A stretch of 63,483 nt of DNA, filler included, from Basidioascus undulatus (taxonomy: Eukaryota): NCBI GenBank assembly GCA_000826855.1. It is 10 parts of 10 records of this genome, joined end to end, with 100 filler letters (N's around TTAATTAATTAA, not from the genome) between each part and the next. Parts side by side here need not be neighbours in the genome. Positions count along the whole stretch, not along the records: positions 8,539 to 12,700 come from JTLS01002222.1; positions 12,801 to 16,961 come from JTLS01002223.1; positions 17,062 to 21,219 come from JTLS01002224.1; positions 21,320 to 25,475 come from JTLS01002226.1; 6 more parts are not named here. One strand, written 5' to 3'. The notes below the pieces were generated by a model. The model was given only the letters and a program-made list of their open reading frames with translations, searched no databases and was not told where the DNA came from. This document shows, in pieces, positions 10,386 through 22,962 of the stretch. The translations under genes and the position numbers were made by a program. Position 1 is the stretch's first letter. Each line of letters starts with the position of its first letter.

Positions 10386-12143
10386 TCAGCGCCTTGCGCT
10401 CTTGCAAAAGATCCTGTGCGCCTACCAATCTCTGTAAAAGCCAAAGCTGTCAGAGACTTACCGTATGAGGTAAGAAGAGGAAAGCAGCGTTCAATGCACG
10501 TCTTTTGATGCTCCGGGGAGCAGTACGTCGCCGCTTTGAAGCCGGCGCACCGTTTCGTTGCCACCACCGTACAGCCCAGCAGGCCGCACAGTGCCTCGGC
10601 TTCGGGATCCGCAGGCGGCAAGGACAGGTGGGAAATTTTGGCCGACTCCTGCAGTACGCCCGAGGTGATGACCAACCACGCTTCCGACAGCAGCTCGCTC
10701 CCCACATTATCGAAAGCCTCGCAGGCGTACAGGACGCGCTCGGAGTACTTTCGGTTCACGTCTATGATGGGGGAGCTGTAAGCTGATGAATATCAAAGCG
10801 AAGGATGAAATACCGCATACGGAGCGCGTCGGTAACGATGCTGTCTACATGCCATCCGAGGAACAGCATCAAATCCCAGAATCCCGCGTCGATCCAGCGA
10901 CCGATAATGTCGCTGGCGGAGGGGGTTGATTGATCAGCTGGATCTGATCGGATATGCACAGGGATCACGTACTGTTTCTGATTGTCCGACCCTTCTCGAA
11001 CACCGAAATGAGCATATGAAGCCCCTCCGAGACCACGAGGTCCTCGTCTTCTCCCAGGCGCGCCGCGCGAGCCGCTTCGAGTATGCGCTTCAGAGCGACC
11101 TCCAGCAGGTCCGTATCGCTCGCGACGAGCTCTTCCCACAGCTCCCTGCTCTCCCGCTGTGAAGAATCCGATACTGGTAGCGAGACGATGGAGGTTCGCC
11201 TCGGCGAATATGCGCCGCAACTGGGCGGTGAAGACGCCCGGTCGCGCGATCGAAAGCAAGCTCGAGACCAAAGCGGTGTTGCCGGTTGGAAAAGACTACG
11301 CACAAGCTCGGAACACGTGGCGCAAAAGTCTCCCGACGGCGAGAAGCGGAGCCAGCAGACTGCGAGACGCGCCGTGTACTGGTGCGAGGCCATTTTGCTG
11401 TATTGCCCATCCAGATCAGTGTGATACTGTCAGAAGTTGAAACTACTACGATCGAAAGACCTTCGAAAGTCGTCTTTCCCGGTGACCTCGAACCGGTACA
11501 GCATCATCGCGAGCCCGGACCGCAGGCGGTCGTCTCCCTCATTCTATCCCCGAACGAGTTTCGAAGACGCCATACCTGATATCCGGGGATGTGCGTTAGT
11601 AAGAGAAATGCAACGCAGATGTTCAAGCTACGCACCCCCTCAATTAGTCGGGGATAAGCATCTTGGAGCTGACGGAGTACGGGCCGGTCGGCGGGTGTCG
11701 TCCAGTTGTCCAGGCAAGTCAAGCAGGACGATGGGCCCCTGTATACTGATACAGCTCCATATAATTACCACAAGCCTTGTAGATAATAATCGCACAGGAG
11801 TGTGGTGATAGGCTTCGGATTCCTGGACAAAGCGCTGCAGAAGCGCCCCTGACGCCCGCCGCGCGCACCGTCGGCTATGAAACAAGACCTCAGCCGCGTA
11901 CGTGGGGACATGATGTTAAATAGAAGGGCTCATTCCAGGTCCGAGATCACTGCAAGCGGAAGTAATTGCCTTGAGGAGACGCACTTCGTCGCGTCCGTCT
12001 GCCGGAGGAAAGCGCTTTAATTGGAGAACGACTTTGCGTGGATCACACTTGAGCCGGCGCCATTCCCTTCGGAAATTGCTGTCAGACAACATCTCCCGCA
12101 GACTATTCTCGAACGCCGCTAGAGCAGCTTGTACGAAAGACAT
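10386..12143 (-). pseudogene. Decayed C-terminal MYND zinc-finger protein gene
   Basis: CGLLGC...KRCAGFKAATYCSPEHQKT|DW*AHRIFCK is a MYND pattern with a ligand Cys replaced by Phe and an in-frame TAG at 10422-10424. Upstream coding-like blocks lie in shifting frames, and the 5' limit is uncertain. Confidence 0.65.
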
Positions 12144-12623
12144 GCTGTTGAGGGTGAAGAACGGAGAATAACGAATCAAGTGTCAAGTTGTCGGCCTGCG
12201 CCTCTCAGGCCAGGACTGGCGGCGTGGGTTTCACGAGGCCGACTGTAGACGCTCATGATGGTCGTCAAATTGCTCCGCATATTCCGACATATTTTGCACG
12301 GGAGTGGAGAAAAAGAAATGTTTCTCGTAGTTTACCATGAGTCCGCTGTGATTTTACCAGGCTGTCAGTGGCTTAATTTGTGCCAGCCCACGGCATCAAA
12401 CAGGCGGTGGGCACGGTAGGTATGCAGACGGGCGGCTGTTCAAGAAGGGGTCGTCATGGTTCCCGTAAATGCCAAATGCCGAACAGTGTCTTTGAAACCA
12501 GCGAGATAGCCGAATTGTGAAGCATGCTTGGAACTAGGATGGCGATCGTAATTCTAAGAAACTATAGGTTACAATGAAGGCCTGGAAGCGAACTGGGAAA
12601 ATCTTCGAGAAATAGAAGCATAA

Positions 12624-12696
12624 GCCTCGCTAGCTCAATCGGTAGAGCGTGAGACTCTTAATCTCAAGGCTGCGGGTTCGACCCCCGCGTGGGGCT
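12624..12696 (+). tRNA. tRNA-Lys(CTT), intronless
   Basis: Cloverleaf with GCCTCGC/GTGGGGC acceptor, GCTC/GAGC D-stem, TGAGA-CTCTTAA-TCTCA anticodon arm and GCGGG-TTCGACC-CCCGC T-arm. Confidence 0.97.
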
Positions 12697-12700
12697 TTCA

Positions 12701-12800
12701 NNNNNNNNNNNNNNNNNNNNNNNNNNNNNNNNNNNNNNNNNNNNTTAATTAATTAANNNNNNNNNNNNNNNNNNNNNNNNNNNNNNNNNNNNNNNNNNNN
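12701..12800. other. Artificial contig spacer
   Basis: N44-TTAATTAATTAA-N44. Confidence 0.99.
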
Positions 12801-13312
12801 ATGTCGTCTCGGTGCATCTTGGAAAGTTGCTGACGCACCAGCTCGCGATTGGGAACGAATCCAGGTGGCTTCGGCCGCAAAGCATACATCGCCCGCCGGA
12901 GCAGTTTCGGAGCCTGTTGCTCCTCCCATAAGTGCCATGATATGCTGCTCATGGTTGTGGGTGTGCGTACCTTGACGTCTGCAGCGTGCCCATCTTGAAA
13001 AGCGCCTGGGGCGAGACTAATCGAGGCGGATCTTCGGCACACAATGATACCATCCAGTTTGGCCGCCACTGCGATAAAAAAGGTGCAAATCCCCATCGGT
13101 GAACTCAATGTAGCGCCCCCCAAATGCCGGAGTCGGCGTTGGCAAAAGCCCGTCAGAAGTGTCGAGCGACTGAATAGGTCATGAAGAGCTGGACGATTCA
13201 AATGAAGATCATGCAGAGCTGGGAGATTGAAAGGAAAATCATGCTGGTCGAGGTAAAACCTAAATGTCGAAGCGAAGACGAGATGAAGCGAAGACGAGAT
13301 AAGAGGTGAAGA

Positions 13313-13330
13313 TGTGTGTGTGTGTGTGTG
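13313..13330. repeat. (TG)9 microsatellite
   Basis: Direct reading. Confidence 0.9.
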
Positions 13331-13911
13331 TCGTCCGTGAAAGCCCAGAAACCGAGCCACCGCTTGCACCGACGCGCAACTAACCCAACCTTTGGGGAAG
13401 GGGAGCAGCTGCCGCCGGTAAGTGAGGGATTGACGAATTGCGGCGAACCAATCCTTGCTGACACGAGGACTGCGCGGTTGTCTGTCTTTTGCACCACACC
13501 GCGCACACCTACACTCCCAAACTATAGCTCTACGAAGCCATGCTATATGGATCCCGGAAACCCCAAGCCCTAGGTAACCCAAAAAAAAAAATCAGGATGG
13601 GAAGGAAGAAACGAGAGCTGCCACTGACAAGGGAGGGTATGGAAGAATGTGGGAAACGCGGGCGTAAGATGGACGTCGGATGCGCGGTATATCGAATCAA
13701 GAACGTGCGTGTGCGATGGGCAAGGCTGTAAGCGTTCGGATGTAGTGGGACAGTGAGAGTGAACGATGCCAGGTGTGTTGAGCGATGGCCGGGACGAATG
13801 TGTATGCAAGCCAAGCGAACGACGGCATCGAACTCGAAGTGTGGGGACCAAACAATCGAAAGTCGAGAAATGACAACGCGAACGCGAAAAAATAAGAAAA
13901 GTGTGGAAGAA

Positions 13912-16310
13912 TCAAGACCCCGGCGGCGACGCCGCCCTGGACCCCGCGCCCGACCCGGAACCCGCATCCCCGTTCGCCGGCGAGGCCGTCGAGCTCCCGA
14001 ACGGGTTGAATGAGAACGAGGGTGTCCGTGACGGGCCGTTGCTCGGCGGCTGGGTCTGCGTTTGCCGCCGGCTAGCGCTGCTCAGCGAGATGCGCGAGGA
14101 GGCGAGCGAGTCGGCCGAGCGATGCGAGAGCTCAGCGTAGCTGCGTCGGGCATGTCGTCAGGTGTCAATCAAGAGAAATAGGAGTGGGGAGTGGGAGGGA
14201 ACGTTCGGAAAGAGGGGCGGATAAGAGGAGGAACGGATGAAGAGGAGGAGGAAAGGAAGGGAGAAGATACGCACGCAAGCTTGATCTTGATCAGCTCATC
14301 CTCCATCTCCTCCTTCTCAATCTTGGCCTGTACGAGTTGTTTCTGCACCACATGCGCCCCTCGTCCTCATGTCAGATGCTGCTAGTCTCCACCAAAGCGA
14401 TGGAGGGACGCACGACCAAATCAACATGCTCCAAATTGATCTGCGTCAAGCTCGCCTCGAGCTGTTTCCTGTCCTCCCGCACCCAACCCAGTCAGCCCCC
14501 TTCCCCTGCCCCCTGTCTTCCCTTGGAGCGGGACGTACACTTGCGAGCTGAGCGCGCGGTTGACGGAGCGCAAGTTGTCCATCTCGATCGCGTGCGCGTT
14601 GACGGCGCGGCACGCCTCGGCCCACTCCGCCGCGAACGAGTCGAGCGCGAAGGGCGTGACGCGCATCTCGAACGCGTCGTTGACGAACGCGTCTGCGTCG
14701 TACTCGTGCTCTTGCTCTTGCGCCTGCTCCGACTTGCCCGGCTCGCCCGTCGCGGCCTCCTCGCCGGGTGTTTCCGGCTTCTTCACCTGCTGACCTCCCC
14801 GGAAATGATGAGCTTCTGAGGAAGAGGACGAGAGGCACAGGACGTGGAAGAGAACTCTCACCTTGTACGTGTCAAACAGCCCCGACTTCAAGAACTCGAG
14901 GATCTGCTCAAAGTTGAGCTTGAGCAGCACGTCCTCGTTCTTCTTCATGAGCGCGAGCGAGAAGCGGAACACGGCCTCGATGCCCTCGGCGAAGACGATG
15001 CTGTTTGCCGGTCCCTCATCAATTCAACCTCGTCCTCTTCCGCCCCCACACCGCTGGCGGACGCACTCGAATATCCGGTACACCAGATCAAGCGGGAACC
15101 TGCGGGCGGACGACTTCATTCAGAAAGTGATGGAAAAGGGAGTGAAGGAGAGGAGGAACAAAAGCAGGGGTGGGCGAGGGGAAGCGACGCACCGGTACGA
15201 GAACATGGTCATGAACCACTGGCTCGCGTACATGGACGACTTGATGCCCTGGCGGGTCATGTGCGCGTGCAGGAGGGGGAGCATCTCCTCGAGGAGGCGG
15301 TCGAACTGGAACAGGCGGAGCTGGAGGCCGGGCTGTGGGTTCCGGAGTTAACGTCAAAAGACAGCTAGAGAAAGGGAATGGGGAGGGAAAAAGAAAGCGG
15401 ACGAACCATCTCGGGCAGGTAGTGCCCTCGCAGGTCGTAGGACCGCATGAGGCGCACGAGGACGCAGAAGGCTTCTTCGTCGGGCATCTGTGGTTCACCT
15501 TATCAATATGCGCTTTGCGTGTGGGCGAGACGCAAACGCACGTTGATCAACAGCGGCCCAATGACGAACAGCAGCCCTGTTTCCTCCGCCCGCCCCTCCT
15601 CATCAGCGGCAGTGGCACCCCCAGTCCTCCCATAACCACACGCACCCTGCGTATACCCGCACTCCGGATCGAAAAGCGAGTACGCCTTCGCGACATTGAA
15701 CAGCAGATCCGTCGCGGCGGCGTCCTGGAAGTACGACAAGCTCGGGAACGTCCGTGCGAGGTCTTTGGTAATCGTCTTTTCGTGCGCGGATGGCTGGCGC
15801 AGGAGCTCGAGGTAGAGCGCTTCGAGGGAGGGGTCTTTGGAGGTTGACCTGCGGGTGGGTATGGGAGGGTTAGAGGAGGGGAAGGGGAAGAGGAAGAGGG
15901 AAGACGGACATGAGCTGCCAGACCATCCCGCGCAGCTCTTTCGGGATGCCCTGCTGGATCGCCTTGCTCAGGCCTTGCGGGTTCGTGCGCGCCACATGCT
16001 CGTAGTCTGCTCCGCCCCTCTTTAAGTTCACACACTTCTCACCAACGCATGAAAAGCCACGAGAGCGCCCACTCACTCGCCATCACGTCCCCCCAGAACC
16101 CCCAATCGATGCCCGCCCCCGCGCCCTCCTCCTCCTGCAGCTTCTCAAAGTCCCCCAGCAGCTCCTTCTTCCCCTCCTGCAAGCTCGCCGGCTCCTGTTC
16201 CGCAGGCGCAACGGTCTCCTCAGCATGCTTGAGCAGGAGCCCGTACTGCGCGTCGGGCCCGTCCTCGGCGGGCGAGCGGAGGCCGATGGTCGAGGATGTG
16301 CGGCGTGCGG
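13912..16310 (-). CDS. GYP5: TBC-domain Rab GTPase-activating protein (Gyp5/EVI5-like) with no recognisable start codon
   Basis: IDWGFWGDVMA|DYE...GIPKELRGMVWQLM, KDLARTFP (arginine finger), YTQG (glutamine finger), YASQWFMTMFSY|RFPLDLVYRIFD, then a coiled-coil C-terminus and TGA at 13912-13914. Confidence 0.88.
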
Positions 16311-16961
16311 CGGCGGAGGGGGAGGCGGCGGAGCGGCTTCCTCAGCGGCGGGCGCGTCGTCCTCGACGAGCTCGACGTAGTTGGCTGTAGGTAGAGTCTT
16401 GTCAGCAAGATGCGTCGTGCATCTGCCTGCGCACATCGGTCCTCCCGACTCACCGGGGAAGAGACCCTCGCGGCCGTCGCTCCCCTTGCCGCTCCACCAG
16501 CCCTCGTCGATCTGCTCGACGCCCCAGATGACTTCACCCTCAATCAGGTGCATCTCATTCTGAAAGGGCAAGGACATCAGCATCGAAAGCCACAACATGT
16601 GAGAGAATAGCAAGGAGCAGCTCACGTCTTCCGTAGCCTCGTACTCAAACAGGGCGCGCGCCTTCTGGCCCTCGGGGCCGGCAGCGGCGGTCTCCTCGAC
16701 CGCCCGAGCGGGAGGAGCGGGCGGCGCGGGAGGCGGCGGCGGCGGCGGGGCATCGGGCTCGCCGATCTCGAATTTGAGCTTCTCCATTTCCTACCAGGCC
16801 GCCAAGTCAATTGCTGAACCTTTCCAGCCTCAGATTGAGCACTCACAGCTTGGATAAGCGCCTCCTGCGAGGGAGACTGGCGAAGGCCGTGGCTAGGCTC
16901 GTCCGAGGCGACCGGGGGCGGGGGAGGCGGCGGCGGAGGGGGAGGGGGCGCAGCCTCCTCA
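16308..16961 (-). CDS. ABP1: Proline-rich SH3-domain protein fragment (Abp1/drebrin-like)
   Basis: Poly-Pro tracts and an SH3 domain, ARALFEYEATED|NEMHLIEGEVIWGVEQIDEGWWSGKGSDGREGLFP|ANYVEL. The 5' end lies in the gap and the 3' end runs out of frame into the TBC gene. Confidence 0.75.
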
Positions 16962-17061
16962 NNNNNNNNNNNNNNNNNNNNNNNNNNNNNNNNNNNNNNN
17001 NNNNNTTAATTAATTAANNNNNNNNNNNNNNNNNNNNNNNNNNNNNNNNNNNNNNNNNNNN
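16962..17061. other. Artificial contig spacer
   Basis: N44-TTAATTAATTAA-N44. Confidence 0.99.
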
Positions 17062-19549
17062 GGCTGCGTTGCTTTCCCTCCTCTCCTCTCCTTGAACCCG
17101 TTCCCGATCTTGGTCTGAGAAAATGAGAGCATGCATTTGCTTGAGATAGGATTAAAGCTGGTGCGGAGATTCAATCTGGCACGATCATGCAACAAAGCAG
17201 CTGGGAGCTTCCTTCCTCACGGCCCATGCAAAACGTAAGGTACACAGCGCGGAATTCACGGCATGATCGAGTTTCTGATCAATACTATTCTACTTAGAGC
17301 GAATCTGCGATGTAAAAGGCAGTGGTTGGTTGGCGATTGACGTTTGTTGTTCCTGCACGGATGGACTCGCTGGTTCCGCAGCGCGGCTCTTCTCTCGCAA
17401 TGCGCTCAACCCCCCTCACAGGGCCTTGGACGGGCTTCCACGGGATATATACCACTTAATACACCCTCATAAATTGGTCAATGAGCCCTCTAGAAAGGCG
17501 CGACGCGAACGTCCGTGTGCCACTTTCATTAGAGCATATTGCCGAGCCTCACCCGCATCCGCAACCGCACTGCCTCTTTCCTCGCTCGCTCGCCACTCTC
17601 CCCCTATTCCCTCATCATTATCTCTACCTCTTCTCCTCTTCTCCATTCCCCCCCACTCCCGAAGGTCGCCCTTTCTCAGGGAATCGGCGCGCCGCTAACA
17701 CTGACCAGCACTCTACGAAGCTACCCTAACCGCAGCCCCCTTGGCCAAGCAAGCAAGTGGTTCAAGGCTCTGGGTTCTTACCTTCTTTAGATGTAGCTGT
17801 TTCATCCCCCCAGTCCTGTGTGTTCCTACAGGTCATACGGGCCGCGGTAGTCCCGGTCACCAGTAGCGTAGCTGCGCAGATCCCTCGATACCCTTCCTGT
17901 CATGTCATCCCTTCCCTCTCTCTTCCTGATCCTTATACGCTCGCGGCCTCCGGATCTTTGTTAGAACTTCTCAGCCTACATTTCACGGAGGTACCTACTG
18001 ACTTTCCCACGTCGTTCAGGACCTCACGTACGTCCAGCCCGCGGCTCGCTGAAGGCCGCCTGCAGTTTTTCGAACCCTCCTCGACGATCGCGCCGCTTTT
18101 TGTTGTACGTTCGCAAGCCAGTGTGTTCCTCCGGTTCACACAGACCCCGGCGGTTTCGGTCGTTGCCTAGCGTTCACTGTGCTCTCTTCTTTTGACTGAC
18201 TGCTCACAGTCCTCCTAATCACCCCTTAGACTCACGCACTCGGGTGCGAAGCTGATTTTCGCTCGCGCGCAGTTTTCAACACTCCAACGACTCTCTCACG
18301 CCGGTGCCTTCTCCGGATAGCACGGGCTGAAGCTTCCCGCTGACCTGACTTCGTTTCATTGGGTGTCGGCCGCGTGTGTAAGTCGTGCCCTTGGGTCTTC
18401 GTGGTACACTGTCGTTTCTCGTTGGCGTGGGGCCCGTTTTTTTCGTGTGGTAGTTGTTGCGCGTCGTGTGGTAGACGTTGCTCGTGGTGTGTCTTGTTTG
18501 TTTTACTGGCGTCAGCCTTACCTAAAACCCTTTAGCTATGGAATACATCGGTAAGGCATATTTCTACTCGCTACAAACGAGATGAGCCGGACTGAAAGTC
18601 GTGCTTCGCAGCTACTACTTCCCAGCTTCGCATAAGCTTTGCGTCAATGCTGGGTTGCAAAGGCCTTGGAAGTGTGTGTCTGTAAAAGCTCTCCTGAACG
18701 TGCAAGACCTGTGTGGCCGACCTTCTCCTGAGGCAGTAAATTTCTGCGATTCCGTGCACGACGGGTACCGGGTGCAGCTTGGCTCGTAGCTCCGACGCTG
18801 CAACGCTGTCTGCGCCCCGGAGTCCTGTCGTGCGTGTCGCGGCTCAAACCCACACCATTTATCTGAGTAACGTACAAGGTACCCACAGGAGAGGAGTGCC
18901 GCTCCTCCCGGCATTCAGAATTCAGGCGCACACGTAGACACTGCCGTCGCGCACCGACTTCCTTCTCTAGTCTCTGTAATATGTCGAGTCGGCGCTCCGA
19001 ACAGAATGTCTTGAAGAGTGCAGTTGTTGCTGGCCTTAGTCTGCTGGTCGACCAAAGCGGACTGACGCTGCCGAAGTCGTTGCGCGCATACTGCAACTAT
19101 AGTCCACGGCGATTCGGTCCCTCGGATCACCTCGGCACTCGAGCCTGCCCGGCAGCTCCTGCCTGACCACAAGCAAGCAGGAAAAGATGATGAACGATCA
19201 GAACAGTGTACGAGGGAAGCCGAGTTGAATGCTGTGCTCCAGGATAGCATCGGGTACCCACCCGGCCGCCATCCCGCATGCAACACTCCGTCATCCACGC
19301 ATAACTACACACAGACCTTACACTCACCTCACGCACTCCCTCATCACCTGAACCCCGCTTCCCCCGTCAGCCTCTGCCTCGCACGCACACCCTCATACGC
19401 ACGCACCCACACGCGCACACGTCTTCTCATCTCTACAAAAAAAAAGAGTCCTTGCATCACGAACGAACGAACGACCAAACCACACCCGATAGACCCCCAA
19501 ACGAAATGGTCCAGACCGGGCACGAGAACCCCTTGCGAGGGCGAAAGGT

Positions 19550-21106
19550 TTACTCGTAGATCCACGAGGCAGAGTGGGACTCCCACTGCGAAGTGAAGGG
19601 GAGCGTCAGTCCGGAGCGTCAGTGCCTAGTTTCCTGAGCGAGAGGTCGAGAACAGGAAAAGGAGGCGACCAATGTGCAGGCGTGGGGAGGGAAAAGGGGG
19701 CGAGGAAGAGCCAAGTGAAGGAAGGGCGAAGGCGGGATGGGGAGAGCCAGCAGCAAAGGGGGAGGCAGGGGAAGAGGAATATCGTGGGGTGTGGCAAAGG
19801 TGAAATGGATTGCAGAGAACGGAGGAGAACGGACCTGAATGAGCTCGTCCGGCTTGAACCAGAGCGCGATCTCCTTCTCGGCGCTCTCGACGGCGTCGGA
19901 GCCGTGGCAGACTGGTCACCACCCCACCCCACACTCATCAGCTTCTTTACCCCAATAATCACAAGCTCCGTAATAATGTGAAGGGGAAATGGAAAACGGG
20001 AATTGGGAAGCGAGAATCGCGAAGGGGAATCGGCAAGAGGGAAGGGGAAGCGAAAGGGATGAAAGAGAAGAGGGGAGAAGGCAAGGGAAGGAAGAAGACA
20101 CACCGTTACGACCAACGTCGATCGCAAAGTCGCCGCGGATGGTGCCGGGCGCGGAGGCGAGCGGGTTCGTCGCGCCGAGGATGACGCGGCCAGTCTTGAC
20201 GACCTCTGTTCAACCACCACCACCACACCACCACGTATTTGGTCAGTCAGTCCTGCCATCCCCACCCCCTTTTACTCGAGCGGGAAGGAAGGGGAAGACC
20301 CACCCTTGCCCTCCCAGACCATGGCGCTACACAGCGGAAAGTGGGAACGTCAGGAGGGTAGCGGCGGGACGCCAAGGAAGGAAAGGGGGAGCGTACACGA
20401 TAGGGCTGCGCGCGAGAGGGCGGTTAGTTACTGAAGACTTGCGGGGAGGGAAGTAGGGAGGGAAAGCGTACCCGGAGCCCATGTACTTCACTGTATCGTG
20501 TTGTAGGCGCGGTTAAGACTCAAGGAGGGGGAACGGAGAAGCGGCAGAGGGCGCACCGAGGCCGGGGAAGACTGAGATTGGGAAAGGTGAGGGGCTGGTG
20601 AGTACAGGTGGAGGGGAAGGAGGGAGGGGGGAGAGACGCACAAGGCTTGCTCGAGAGGTCAGCGTAGTGCTTCTCGAGGTGCTCCTTCGAGGCGTGGACC
20701 TGCTTGAGCGCGACGAGCTTGAACCCCTTGGTCTCGAAACGCTTGATGATCTCGCCAACTGTCGGACACCCGCAACACCCACACCATACAGGCCGTCAAC
20801 ACCCGCCCGTGCACTGTCCACCGTCGCAAAGGAAGGAGACTTACCGAGACCGCGCTGGACGCCGTCGGGCTGCGTTGAGGAAGGGTAGGTGTGAGCGGAG
20901 CGTTGAGATACGTGAGTGGGATTGGAGCGCACCTTGATAGCGCTGTGGATTGCGTGGGGGGGGATTAGTACGGAGGATGGGGGATTCTTAGGCGGTAAGA
21001 AGTGCGCACATGAACTGCCGGGGCTCTCAGACATCAACTTCTGCACTGAACGATCGCTCTGTCCAGCGGGAGGAATGGAGATACGCACGGTACGCTCAGA
21101 GGCCAT
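19550..21106 (-). CDS. NDK1: Nucleoside diphosphate kinase (12 coding exons, 151 aa)
   Basis: [28 protein letters not shown]...[20 protein letters not shown]...WIYE*, with the catalytic HGSD present. Exon lengths 18, 5, 10, 25, 117, 15, 19, 9, 23, 102, 77 and 36 sum to 456 nt. Confidence 0.97.
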
Positions 21107-21219
21107 TGTGTTTTTCTAGAGGGTAAAGAGAGAACGAAATTGGTGGTGGACGCAACTGTTCAACCTCTGCGCTGGCTTGCGCACGGTCGGTCTTTCTCTC
21201 GCTTGCCCTCGCACAACCT

Positions 21220-21319
21220 NNNNNNNNNNNNNNNNNNNNNNNNNNNNNNNNNNNNNNNNNNNNTTAATTAATTAANNNNNNNNNNNNNNNNNNNNNNNNN
21301 NNNNNNNNNNNNNNNNNNN
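21220..21319. other. Artificial contig spacer
   Basis: N44-TTAATTAATTAA-N44. Confidence 0.99.
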
Positions 21320-22962
21320 TCCTTGTCGAAGATGCCGAAGAGCTCCTCGAGAAAGTGCTCGTCGCCCTGAATCTGCTGGATGATGTCGATCTGGTTGAAG
21401 AAGACGAACGAGTTGAGGATGGTGAACGTGGAGTCGTCGATGACGCGCGCAAGGACGACGTCCTTGAGGTACAGCAGCCGGTACGTCTGGTGGATCTTGG
21501 CCTTGAGCGACGGATCTCGGATCGGCACGACCTCCTTGTACCGCGACGTCGTTGTCAGATCCGTGCGGTACGACGCCTTGAGCATTGGGTACTCCGGGTC
21601 GTCTGCAAAATGGCATAGATTGCGTTAGACAGGGGCTCCGAGGCATATTCTCCGACTCTTAAGATGCACGTACACTCGAGGATTCCGCACATGCCCAGGA
21701 AGATGTCGTCCTGCAAGACATACTCGAAAATGACGTTGTCGTTCAGCATGACTGGAAGATAGGGCCGTGAGTCTGACGATAGTGCTGCGGACGAAGTCGC
21801 GGTGCGCACGGATGAACTGCATGATCGAGCAGAGCTGGTGCAGCTCGGGCAACGACTCGACGTCTTCCGCAGTCGAAAACACGTCGATCAGACGGCGGAC
21901 GTAGTTCTGTGACGGGACAGATGGGAGAAGAGGGATCAGAAAAGGGCAGCGAGGGCGTCTCCTTAGTCGCGTACGCCTGCCCTGCACGCCCGTCCCCGCC
22001 CGACCTGGCACGACGGACGCCCGCCCAGAATGAAGAATAAAACAGATCCTAGGACTCACGACCTTAATGATCCACTCGCACAACCGTTCCCGCCCCATCG
22101 GGCTGCGCGCCTGATCCTTGAGCACGTCCTCGACCTCGGGCAGGTTACCAATCTCGGGCAGGGGCGGCGGCCACCCGCCGCGCGTATACATGCTGCTCGG
22201 GCGCGCGTTGCGCGACGCGGACGCGGCCGAGGGCGGGGAATCGAGCATGTCGGGGAAGTCGTCCACTACTCGCGAGTGAAGTGAGTGAGTGAGCGCGCGA
22301 AGGGGAAGGGGGCGCGGAGACGCACAGCGCGAAAGATGCTTTTGCACAGAGACGACAAAGTCCCAGATCTCGAGACAGCCTTCGGACTCTTGGAAAGAGA
22401 GCGCGACGTCAGTGCCGTCGACGTCGCACCAGACGATGAGCGTTTCTGTTCGGACCGGGCGCCCCCCCATTCAGATCAACCCTGTCTTCGCGCACCCTGA
22501 ACAGGTCTCAGACACACCTTGTTGGCGCTGATATATGTCATTCCCCAGAATAAAGTGGTGGAGAAGGGTCTCGTCCGGGTCGTCCTCGTTGCGGACGACG
22601 AGGCTCGCCTCGTCGCGCTCGTTGTCGTAGATGCCATGGCAGAAGCCGGTGCCCTGGTCCTGCCACGACTCGCCCGAGAGCTTGTAGACCTTTACGCGTC
22701 TGGGCGCCTCGGTTGGCGGGGGGTCGGAGGACGTCGGGGACGGGGAGCGCTCGGCCGCAGCGGCTGCCTCCCTCACAGCGGCGGCGGAGGAGGGTGACGG
22801 TGGGGACTCGGGGGGATCGGCGGCGCCCGACCGGGGCGAGGTGGACGCGCCCGGTTCACGCGCGACGGTGGTCGGTAAGGCGGAGGTCGGCTCAGCGTCC
22901 GGTGCTGGTGCTGGAACGGGGGCCGCGGAAGGTGAGGGCAGCGGCGACTCGCACTCGGGCAT
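21320..22962 (-). CDS. PSY2: PP4 regulatory subunit 3 (Psy2/SMK-1), 3' truncated
   Basis: EVH1-like RRVKVYKL...WQDQGTG...YQRQQ|ETLIVW...ALSFQESEGCLEIW, and SMK-1 region YKEVVPIRDP...KIHQTYRLLYLKDVVLAR. Confidence 0.93.

Noticed and set aside
12801..12952. Possible gene start MSSISWHLWEEQQAPKLL... on minus strand
   Set aside because: It is cut by the gap and has no recognisable motif, so it cannot be supported.
18571..19300. Overlapping ORFs as transposase or gene remnants
   Set aside because: No catalytic or family motif was recognised in any frame.
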